A stretch of DNA of 54,079 nt, filler included, from Sphacelaria rigidula (lineage: Eukaryota): assembly GCA_964200075.2 (NCBI GenBank). It is 4 parts of 4 records of this genome, joined end to end, with 100 filler letters (N's around TTAATTAATTAA, not from the genome) between each part and the next. Parts side by side here need not be neighbours in the genome. Positions count along the whole stretch, not along the records: positions 13,548 to 26,992 come from CAXNAA020002881.1; positions 27,093 to 40,537 come from CAXNAA020002882.1; 2 more parts are not named here. The stretch is one strand, 5' to 3'. The position numbers were made by a program, and so were the translations under genes. Positions 22,648-33,436 of this stretch are shown here, piece after piece (the stretch's first letter is position 1; each line of letters starts with the position of its first letter). Under the pieces are notes generated by a model. The model searched no databases, was not told where the DNA came from, and worked only from the letters and a program-made list of their open reading frames with translations.

Positions 22648-23087
22648 CGTAAAATAGTCAGACAGGAGAGACGGAAGGTGGGGCGAGGTGTGTCTCTGCG
22701 TCGTGGTGGGTATGGGGGCGTGGGTACTGGATGTTTTCGTTTGCCGTGTACACAGATGGGTGTCGGTTTCATCTTGGCTTGTCGCTCTTGTTCTCGGCGC
22801 ACTCGTTGGTTTAGTTTCCGTAGCACGTCCGTAAATGTGTGCGAGGATGGGTGTTTATTTTAGCTTTTTGTAAGATTTTGGGGTGGAGGGAAAGAGGGAT
22901 GCGAAGTAAACTGAAAGTGTCACCTTTGTTATCTTCCCGTGGTTAGGGGTGGTGTGTCCGATGTGTATCCGTGATACGTATTTTATTTTTGGTGAGTTGC
23001 GATGTGATTGTCTTTATATGAGATGGGTCATTCTAGAAAAAATGGAGGAGTCTGTGTAGTGTCCATTTTATGCGAAGTTTTTCATCC

Positions 23088-23122
<35 letters not shown>

Positions 23123-25949
23123 CTCCACCCCCCCCCCCCCCGCCCCCCCCCCCCTACCTCCCCATCTCCCNNNNNNNNNNGTTGGGGTGTTGGCGTTTTT
23201 ATGGAGAGTTTTCCTTTCTCCCCCCCCCCCCCCCCCCCCCCCCCCTCATCTCACTTCACTCCACCCCCCGTTTTGATTACCATTCACTTCTTCATGCGTC
23301 CTCCGCGTCTTCTCGTGTCCCCACAATCAAAGGACGGAAACAGAATTGCGATGGTTTTGCGATATACATGCGTAGTCGTTATGGAAGATTGAGTGTACTG
23401 GATCATCTCGTTCCATCAGTCTTCCATCTTCGTGTGTGGTTTTGAGTTTTTTTTTGTCAATTTTGGTCGTCCTTGTGAGGTTGAACTTTGAGGCGTGGGA
23501 TTAGGAGTGAAGATATGGAGTGGGTGTACGCGATCAAGATGTGCGTTTATGAGGATGATCGTGGGTTGGGGAATTAGGGTGGAAGGTAGGAACTCATGCT
23601 CTTTCGCGTCGAGGAGAAATCAGAGATGACGAAAATTCCCGAAACCATCGTGTTGTATCCATGACCTCACATGGAGAATGACCGCACGCCGGCGATTCCT
23701 GGGTCTTGGACAGGGCGGGGGGGGGGTGGAGGTGAAAATATTTGATCGTTACGAGTTTTGAGTGTGGTGTTTGGGAAGACACCTGACGAGACGTGACAAG
23801 CGGTCTCGAAAATTTCAAAGCTTTTCTCACCGATGAATGAAAAGTGGATATATTGTGTGACGAGTTGATAGATGATCGCAGTACTTGTATAGGAATTTAT
23901 TTTTTGCTGGGTCGATAATGTCTCGGGTTGGTTTTAGGGTGTACCATTTTTAGTTGGGCTTCTTCTCTCTGCGTGGAATGCACGCGGTAAGGTGCGTTTC
24001 GAGTCGGGCTTGATAATGGCCCACTAGTTGCGGTTGGTTGGTTGATGAGTTGGCGTTCAGAACTTGCGTGTGTAGAGGATGGAGGCGATAATGTGTTGCG
24101 TCGAGTGTTGGTTCCTGCACCGCGTCTCCGTGTCCTTTTTCCTCGCTGACCTGTTGTGTTGCTTGGTTCGAAGCTGGCATCAAGTTGGTGGTGGTGGCGG
24201 GGGAAAAGGGAAATGCCAATGCGCACGGCTCATGTGGGCAGTCACGGATGTGCGTGGGGGGCATGATGCCGAATTGCTATCGGGAGAGTATATATATATA
24301 TATAGGGAGGATCCGTTGTAGTGTCGAACTCAACCACAGATGAATGAGGGGGAATTAGTACAGGAAATGTCTACGGGCAATACATTTGGAAAAAACGCAG
24401 ATGGGTTTCTGGCTTGTGGGATTGGCTTTCCCTCCTCGGCTGAGCTTGTGGAGCCGAGAGGATGGGATCATGGATTAGGTCATGGTGGGGCGTTCGTTCG
24501 CCTCTCCCACGAAATTTCTAGTCTTTCCCTGATGGGATCGCGTTGGTGTTGTGTGGGTGTGGGTGTGGTCGGGCTTGGTGATTTTTTTGCGTATGAAGTG
24601 GTGATCGTTTATAGGGGAAACTGGGGATTTGAGCGCGCGGGAGGAATGTGTAGACCGTTCTTGTCTTTTCCAGGTGCGAGAGAGAAGAGTGTCCTGCTCC
24701 GTTTGTTTCCGTGTCCGTCTTGTCGTGAGCAGGATATATTTTTGACGCAGATAATTTAGTGTTCCCTTGTTACTTGTTCTCCCACCTCTCCCCATCTCCC
24801 CCTCTACATGATTCCGGGGGGAAGCACTTGACGCTACCCCTCCCGGAGACTATAGATGCCCCAACTCAGTTCCACGTTTGGTTTATTGCTTGTTGCGGAG
24901 CTTCCACTTGACAGCTGTGGGTGTTGGTTGCGTTGAAGTGAGCCGAGTTTTTTATTCGCGTTTTGATTTCGGGTGTTTTCTTCGTGAGAATTGTGTTTCA
25001 TTTAGAGTCATCAGGTGAACTGGGGAAAAAGCGGAGGGGACACGGGTACGGGTACGGGTACGCTTGGGGTTTCGAAGTTATGTTTTACTCCACGCCTTTG
25101 CTGGTTATTCGTGTTTTTCAGTCTTACTGAAAAAAAGTGTTGAGGACATACTGTACGTACAAAACATGATGCGCCGGTGCGAGCACAATATAAATGTAGT
25201 ACCGACGTATGTTCTCTGTTGTGAGGATGATACTCGCGGAAGAAGTCGTCTTCACCGGGTATTTTACTGATCTGAAGCTGTGTTTTGAGAGCGGTCGAAC
25301 TCATGTGTTGATGCAGAATGGCCCGATCGGGGAAACGAGGGAGGAGAAGTTGAGTTGGATGGGGAAAATGTCCTCGGTTTCATCTTGGAGGTCGGATCGC
25401 GTTCGTGTCTGCGATATGTTGCTGTTTTTACGAGAGGAAAACTCAAGTCAAGTCGAGAAAAAAAGAGGTGGTGGTATTAGTTTATATAATAGGATATTTA
25501 TATTGTATACTGTATGTACGATCGGGGTGTGGAATTCAAGCAAGAGTGTCCTTAGTGCTAGTCGATGTTGCTCTTCTCGTTAGGTTCGTACTGGAGTACT
25601 CCTCGGTTGGTGTGCGATGTTGATTCCGAGGCAGGTGATGCACATGGAAACGTTAGCGCGATACATCAAGAAGTTTTTTTTTAACTGATTTCATTGGGAA
25701 AAAAAGGTGACGCACGAGTGCTCTAGGAACAGCCTCCCTCCCCAGAAACGTGGCTGGTTCGAGGAGGTGAAACCTACGTGCGAAAAAATATGGCGAGAGC
25801 CGAGCATTTCTGTCACGTGAAAACTCCGACGCTCGGGATCGTCTTCTAGTAATGTCGCCGGATGAGGTGCTTCACGTCATGCGATCTGTCATTCTTCTCG
25901 TGACAAATCTGGGGCTGGTTTTTAGGATTGCGAGGCAACGTGTCATCAT

Positions 25950-26130
25950 TCACTGTTGTCTCCACATTGATAATCGTTCCGATATCTGGGCGAAACATTT
26001 GTGCTGGGCATGTGATGCTGACCCCTCCCGTGGTCACAGGGTAGCAGAAAACAAAATTAACAAAATGGACGCAGATTGAAACTCACTAAACCCGATACAA
26101 GCAAAACAGGGATTAATTATGAAATAAAAA
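25950..26130 (-). repeat. Dispersed repeat B, probable LINE/SINE 3' end
   Basis: gttgtctccacattgataatcgttccgatatct...ctgggcatgtgatgctgacccctcccgtggtcacagg matches 28628-28800. Confidence 0.55.
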
Positions 26131-26538
26131 AAGAGGGTACATATATATGGCCAACCTCAGAAATTCCGGTGCCACAGATTCATTGATGAAATCCTTCGCA
26201 ACGTTCAACGATTGCGACTCGACCGCTTCTTGAAAATGTTCTAGTCGAGTCCTCCACGTGCTGTTGCACCGCCTCTTCCTGTGCATCATTCATCGGTGTG
26301 ACATGTTTTATATTTTTTGTCTTTTTTTGCTGCTCCTGACCACGGGCTGGATTGTCGCGGTCAGCGAACGTGAGGAAATCAATCATTTTTTCGATATTCC
26401 GCCGTTTCTCGTTATTTGTACGAGCTGGACCAGCAGGAAATCCCGCACTTGCATGTCACACCACAACTTCCAAAGTGTACCAAATCAGCCCGACTCGAGT
26501 ATATGGGTGTGATGTGTAGCCCAACCTAGAAATGAACG

Positions 26539-26930
26539 GCACCGCCGCTGAGAGAAAGAAAAAAATGTACTGCATCATATATGACTTTATCGACCGACCA
26601 GAAAAGAAGGGAAAACCGTAAATGGCACCGCAGCTGAATGAAAGAAAAACATGTACTGCATAACGTACGGCTTCACCGACCGACCAAAGAAGGGAAGTCG
26701 TCGCATCGCACCGCCGCTGAATGAAAGGAAAACATGTACTGTATAATGTATGGCTTCGCCGACCGACCAAAAAATAAAGGAAGTCGTCGCATGGCACCGC
26801 CGCTGAATAAAAGGAAAAAATGTACTGCGTCATGTATAACTTTACAGACCGACCAAAAAAGAGAAATCGTCGCATGGCATCGCCGCCGAATGAAAGGAAA
26901 ACATGTACCGCATCATGTAACAGCCGATTT
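26539..26930. repeat. Tandem repeat, ~4.6 units of alternating 86/83 bp
   Basis: Units start gcaccgccgctgaatgaaaggaaaacatgtactg at 26539, 26625, 26708, 26794 and 26877. Confidence 0.9.
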
Positions 26931-26992
26931 TCGAAAATGGGGTCGAAAAAAAAAATGAGGTTCAACTCAAAAGCCGTGCTTTCCCTGACCTA

Positions 26993-27092
26993 NNNNNNNN
27001 NNNNNNNNNNNNNNNNNNNNNNNNNNNNNNNNNNNNTTAATTAATTAANNNNNNNNNNNNNNNNNNNNNNNNNNNNNNNNNNNNNNNNNNNN
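26993..27092. other. Artificial scaffold linker
   Basis: Same 100-nt N44-TTAATTAATTAA-N44 structure. Confidence 0.98.
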
Positions 27093-27233
27093 CACACCCC
27101 CTCTTACGCCTCATGCACCCGCACCTCACTCGAACCACCCTCAATTCCCCCGTTTCACCCCCCCCCCCCCCCACACACACACACAAAATACTCTGTTTAT
27201 TGCATGGTGTAGCTTACTGTATATTTCACCCAC

Positions 27234-29263
27234 CTCTATCTTGTCGCCGACTTCCTTAAGCCACTGCACGATCGTCCCCTCCTCCATGGTCGACGACAGC
27301 GCAGGCATGTACATCTCAATCACCTTTCCCTGTGTCACAACACACGCATGTACACACGTACACAGGATAATTAACCCAGTTGAGCTCAATTACGAACATC
27401 CACCTTTCAGACAAAATGTCGTCCGTGTTGATTTGCTCCTGTGTTCCGACACGGCCGCTTTGCCTGAAGCCAGGCGACAGCAACCTGCCGATGCCCTTTC
27501 CCGACTCAACTCGTTTTCCTCGGTCCCCCCTGTTGTCCCTTCATTCCTTCTTCCGTATTTCTCAATTCTTACGTTTCCTTCACCGACTGCTTCAATTCAG
27601 TTCCCTTGGGCACAACGTTCTATCTCGTGACTAATCTCATCTGCTGCAACATACAAAAACCAGCATGTGTGCAACAGCCAACAAACCGATCACTCAATCA
27701 TCAATGTAATCGTCACGGGGAACGAAAAAAAGGAGGCAAAGTGTGATGATTTTTTCGGAACAGCTATCGAGCGCTTGCGCAACACGCCTACTTGTATCCA
27801 TTAATATGGTAGCGTTTCAATCAACCCTTGGACTGAGAACGTTTCTGGAATGTCTTGACACTACATTGCTTCATCAAAAAGTGCACAGCGTACGGCATCA
27901 TCTATTGCGTCTACTGCAATAGACAACAAATATTCCACACTGTACGCAGTACACCTTTTTCTTGACAATGTAACGTATCGTCATTATCCAGGATGTGGGA
28001 CGTTGAAATAAATCGAGAACATTCGCATATTAATTGTTAAATCAGGTCAACATCCATAGTACACCGCACCACGTAGCAGCCACATTTGGTTCCCGGTATA
28101 ATGCGTGATGCCTGTGCAGCCGTAGCGACGGGTGTAGTGGAAGATAACGTCATCCCCAGCAAGCGCTATGTCCGCGGCCACAGCGCCTATCCCTACTGTC
28201 ACTGATTGACTAATTGCCGCACTTAAACTGACCCCCCAGGAGTCATGATCCAGCCGTGTTCATCATCCACATGATGGACGTAACCGTGAAAAAAAAAGAA
28301 AAGGGCCTGGGAAATAGTGAAGGACACAGGAAGGTAAAACAAATAGTGTAGACTAAAAAAACGAAGGGAATAAGAGGACGGAAAAAAACAAAAAACAAAG
28401 GAAAGAACAAAACGAAAGACAAAAATGAGAAAAAAGTGAGAAAACAATGTCATGTGCCGGGCTGCCGCCATTGCGCACTTCCCAGCGTCGGACAAATCAT
28501 CGCTGGTTCGAACCACCAACTCTATGATTTCTGAGGCCTGATTGCTCCGAAAGAGATAACATTGTAGACCGCGGGACGATAACGCCTCTACGCAATTTTC
28601 CACGTGTCTGGGGTGCGCGTCCCTGAGTTTGTTGTTGTTGTTGTTGTTGTTGTTGTCGTCGTCTTCACATTAAAAACCGTTCCGATATCTGCGCAGTACT
28701 CAGTACTGGGCATCTGATGCGGACGCCTTCCGTGGTCACAGGCTAACTATGACTACCCCAACCGAGGGTAAAATGAAATCATGAAATAAAATTGGACCCA
28801 AGAAACAATTTACACAGACGCGATACAAGAGAAAAAAAACAAAACAGTGAAAATATTGAAAAAAGAAGAAAAAACAGAGCCCAAGGATTGATTCGTGCGG
28901 CACGAATCCGTGACACTCAAAAGCAAGTACTCTTTTAGACGAATCATTATTCATCCGACCCGTGCGTATGCACCTTCTCATCGATGGCCAACACCGGATC
29001 GGTCCGCTCGACTGCCTTCGCGCGTACGGCCAGCGGCAGATGGGGCTCCTTGATAGTTCAAGGATAGTTACTGGCAGCCGGAGCTTATTTATCATCACGT
29101 TGCCTACCGCGTACGTTGCTACCTCCGGGTGCGCAAGGTAGGGAGGTGTGCCAGCAGGCGAAGCTGTGCCGGCCGATTTCTGCGTGCTTGCCCACCCCGT
29201 CCCCGGGCTGTTCTCAAACGCGTTTCGCGGTTTTGTTCCGAGATCGTGTACGTGTACGTGTAC

Positions 29264-29332
<69 letters not shown>

Positions 29333-30553
29333 CTGAGATGCCCCTTCCACTACAACCCCGAGTTGGGGCAGGTTCTTCGGGGTTGAGGTCCCTGTACGAA
29401 AAATCAAGCGGCTCACTCCAAGAGCAGACTGAGGCCCTGTCTTAGCACATCACTTTTCGATCGAAAAAGTGCGGTGGAAAACAAATATCCCAATCTGATA
29501 GGCCATGGCTTCAACCATATTTCAAATTGACGACGATGGTGAAAATTACGACCTATCAGATCAGTATTTTTGTTCTTCACCGCACTTTTTCGATCGAAAA
29601 CTCGCGTGCTATTAAAAGACAGGCCCTGAACCAGAAACCGCCGAGGATTGGACCAAGATTTTTTACTGATTGCCGCACTTCAACCGACCTCCCAGGGATC
29701 CAGCCGTGGGTGGTCACATGATAGACGCGCCCAAGAAAAAACAAAACGAAAAGCACTCACTGAAGAGAAACAAGGAACAGAAAATGCCGAACAGAACGAC
29801 AGAGTAGACTACGATGAGACGTGAAAAAATAAACGTAAAGAGTCAACAAGAACAAGGACCCGTTACGAGAATCTAAACGGTCTCAAAACAAAAATTCTCG
29901 TAACGGGTCCTTCGTGTCCGGTGAACATCCAACTGCATCGACAACCCTTCGCGACTCTTGTATTACACCTCGCTATGGTTTTCATCCAGTGGCGCCCCTT
30001 TCTTTCTTCGGTTGCCCAAGCCTTCATCGGCTTGCGATCTCTGCCCCTGTGATGGGTTTCCACTGGTGGTTCATTCAGCCTTCGCGAAAAGTGAAACATG
30101 AAACAAAAAATAAGCAAATCGCATATGCCGCACCCTCCGCGTGACGCTGGTTTGTTTGCGCATCGGCTGACGAAAACGGCTCTCTTCATGTCGCGGATTC
30201 ACTTGACTGTCCTTCGAAACCCCTTCGAAATTTTCGCATGTTTCGGTTTGCTTGTCTCTGCTTCCCCATCATCCACTCATTTAACGCCGATAATTTCAAC
30301 AAGGGCACTTCACTCTCTGTGCTCGAAGGCTCGTGACATTTTTCCTCTCTTCGAAATCCTCCCTTCCCCCCCCGACATAGAGGAAGGGGATAAGGTATGT
30401 AAAAGGTTTTTGTGCAATGTATGGAAGAAACGTAATGAGCGCTGGAGTGTTGAAGGTGTCTCTAATAGGAGTTTGGAACGGTGCTCCGTCTCGAAAGGGA
30501 TGCGTGGTCAATGGTCAAACGCCTAAGGCAAGCAACGAATGAGTACGCCATTC

Positions 30554-30622
<69 letters not shown>

Positions 30623-31031
30623 AGTGGNNNNNGAAAGGGTTGGTTGGGCAATGGGCAAACGCCTAAGGGAAAGAAACAATGTGGGCGCCCCCCCCCCCCC
30701 CCCCCCCACGAACATGACCCTCCAACCCTTTCCCGCCCTTATCACAGCACAACCAACTAAGCGTGCTTACCTGGACAGCGGACATGGTCACTCCCTTTCG
30801 TGCGCAGCGCGCCGCGATGGGCGTCCGCTCAGAAGCCTCACAGCCTCCATATCCAAACCCAGCGTTTGTCGAAATCACCGGTCGCAACACGCCCGCGCGA
30901 CTGGCCACAAAAGGCGACACAAACGCCTCCACACGGTGAATCCGCAGCCGTCCTTCCCCGATACCGCCGGTGCATGCGGTTAGCACCGCTGCTGCAGAGC
31001 CTATGAGCACAGCCCTCCTAGCGCCCGTCAT
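27234..31031 (-). CDS. Plastid pyruvate dehydrogenase E2 (dihydrolipoamide acetyltransferase), 5' part (exons 31031-30771, 27329-27234)
   Basis: Exon 1 is a hydrophobic leader, VEAF motif and Arg/Ala/Ser-rich transit peptide, ending CAG|gtaagc. Exon 2 GKVIEMYMPALSSTMEEGTIVQWLKEVGDKIE is the start of a lipoyl domain with the plastid/cyanobacterial MPALSSTM signature. The rest is beyond the scaffold end. Confidence 0.88.
28628..28800 (-). repeat. Dispersed repeat B with (AAC)n tail, probable non-LTR retroelement 3' end
   Basis: (gtt)~9 run directly abuts the segment shared with 25950-26130. Confidence 0.55.
29247..29327. repeat. Compound microsatellite (GTGTAC)n(GT)n(GA)n
   Basis: Read directly from the sequence. 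Confidence 0.95.
29433..29626. mobile_element. PIF/Harbinger (Tourist-like) foldback MITE, 194 bp, TGA TSD
   Basis: TGA|ggccctgtc...gacaggccc|TGA. The ~85-bp arms pair almost throughout, including an exact ttttcgatcgaaaaagtgcggtg match. Confidence 0.8.
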
Positions 31032-32688
31032 CGTAATAAAACTGCTGTGGCCGCAGGGCGGAGGTAGCGCGCGATGGTGGGGTGGAAGGATTGCGGGCGA
31101 ATTAGGGAGAAGGAAGCCGCTGCTTCAGTGTTTGGACGCTACTACACCACCACGGGATAGCGTAACCGTTGCACTTGACGCCTATTCTCTTGCTATTCGT
31201 AGTCGCCTCTTCATTTGCGCTACAGCTGTTTTAGTATAAATAGCATCGCTTCTAGTTTTTCACTATCTTGCACACAGACATGCTAGCTTCTCGCATACAT
31301 CACACTCCAGCACCATGACTTCATCAAGCCCATCTCCCACGACACCAACATTTTGGATGATGACCCTGGCCTATTTTCAGGCGTCTACACGTTACGTTAT
31401 CACTTGAAATATATATATATATATATATATAAGTTCACGTTACGTTTCGGCCAAAACGTAACATAACCGTGACGTGTAACGTTGTGGCACGTGTGATGTG
31501 TAGACCCCTGCTTATTTCACTCCTCTCGTAGCCACCCCTTATCATGTGAGTGGATAGATCCTACACGTCCAACATATTCTGAGATGTTCGCAATTCTATA
31601 CTGCTGGCGTCACGTGAAATCAAACTGTACCGTGCGGTTACGTCTGCTGTATCGAACATCCATGAGATTATGTTCATTTTCTGAGCGAGTACCGTACATA
31701 CGACAGTGGTGGTACAAGACAACCACCAGTGTGTGCCGTTGCTCTGCACTACTAGACACAGCGTACATTCGCGGTTTCCATCTGTGCAGTGTTGTCCACA
31801 GCAGCGCGTACCATCTTGCCAGTGCGACAAGGGGCAGGCAGGTGGAGAAGATGGCGCAGAATGCAAGAAGCTAGTTGCCCCCCTTCTCGTTCGTTTTTTC
31901 AGTCACACTTTGAACCCCTCCCGTTCCTCGAGACGAATCCGTGGTGTTGACCCTTTTGGGACCGGGCCTCCAGAACGACCAGTGAGGCTGGTCAGGAATG
32001 ACGTGTCTGCCGTCTGCACGAAACAGTGGCGTGTTGCTGAAAATCCGCGTATGTAACCGCAGGGTCATGAGGAAGCCCGAAAGTTTCATTTAATCCATTT
32101 TCAGGTGTAAGGTGCGCATTAGGTAATGTACATCTGATGTAGCAAGCACTGTGGGTGGCTGTAGAGAGCTTCCAACAGGATGCGGCGACCGGCGAGCCGC
32201 CCGCCACTTGTGGCTTTGGATGATATTATTGTCCCCATCACCTTGCCACGCAGCTTTCTGTGATCGGGGTGGGCCGCCATTTCCCTCTTTGTTGCATGCG
32301 GCAAATTATCTTCGAAGAGCATCAGCGTTGCGGCGCGCATGTATAGAGTAGAGTAGAGTAGAGTGCAGTACGCCTCTTCGACTGCAGCAGCAGCTGCCGC
32401 TGCATACTCCCTTGGACGTTCTTGGCAATTCTCAGCTACCGAGATCAGCTGCCTGTATACCGCTTCTTCATCCCCGCCCACTACATACAAGTTAACTGCA
32501 CCCTGCAAGTCATCGGCAGAGGGATAAGCAGAATTCATGACGGTAGCTCCTTCTGTCTTTCCACGGCCCACCTCTGTTTCGTGCTTCGTGAAAATGACCA
32601 CATAATAGCATGTACACTCCTTCCCGGTTTTTCCGCTCAATCCTGTGTTAGAGTAATTACTACGTTTTAGTACACAATTGCGACAACT

Positions 32689-32722
<34 letters not shown>

Positions 32723-33175
32723 CCCCCCACACCGCCCCAAACAAACAAAAACAAACAAAAACCAGCCCCCCGACCCACGAACACANNNNNNNNNNCCCTG
32801 TTTTCCCCCCTTTCGTTCTCTATGATTATTTTTCGTGTCTTATTCCTAAGTCCCAACCCCCCCCCCCCCCCCCCCCCCCCCCGGAAAATCTCGGGAACGC
32901 TATATTGAACGCAAGTAATACCATAAAACCAAGCTGCGACCACCCTACATTTGGAAACCTGGGAAGGCTTATCTGGGTCAGAGATAGGGTCCCCACGCGA
33001 TCTTCGCAGTGGCATCACACTCGACAACAGTCCCCGCGCTGGTCATTCGGGTCTGGTCGATAAATTCCGCCTTGCCGTGATTGGGCGCGTCGCTCCCTGA
33101 CTTATTTTATTTTATTATTTCACTAACAGAGGGTCAACCCTGTGTTAGTGGGGCGGCCCCAAAAGGGTGAAGGGG

Positions 33176-33436
33176 CAATCCATCTCCCTCCCCGGTACAC
33201 GACTCCCTACATTTTGGTCTCGCCAATTGGATCATGACCACGAACACTCTAGCAATCGCGTCGGCTCTCGCTTAGCAAAGATTATTTCGCTACTCACGGC
33301 CTCACGCTTCCAACAGCGGAAATCAGACCCTTTTGAAAAAAAAGAGAAGGTATCTGACGAGAACTAAACCTGCGTTCTTCCCGCCTTCCCACCCTATCGG
33401 CGTCAGTTGTATCATTTTAATTAACACCACCGGGGC
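33176..33436 (-). mobile_element. tRNA-headed SINE-like element, copy 2 (more diverged)
   Basis: ccatctc...ccggtacacg...cattttggtctcgc...ggatcatgac...tactcacg...ttccaacagcggaaatcagac is the reverse complement of the 1676-1925 body; head degenerate. Confidence 0.65.

Noticed and set aside
23087..23245. Poly-Pro/poly-Gly ORFs from long C/G runs (also 30554-30708, 32690-32882)
   Set aside because: Homopolymer tracts beside N gaps; lengths are unreliable and they are not evidence of extensin- or formin-like genes.
23400..25450. Strand-biased (GT-rich on +) region, possibly an old LINE
   Set aside because: Only compositional evidence; the short ORFs show no diagnostic motifs.
26539..26930. CRISPR-like periodicity
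   Set aside because: Whole units are homologous, with no unique spacers; this is a tandem repeat.
32119..33027. 302-aa minus-strand ORF
   Set aside because: It runs through an N gap and poly-G tracts. The 32119-32540 part may be coding, but no homology or reliable splice structure was found.
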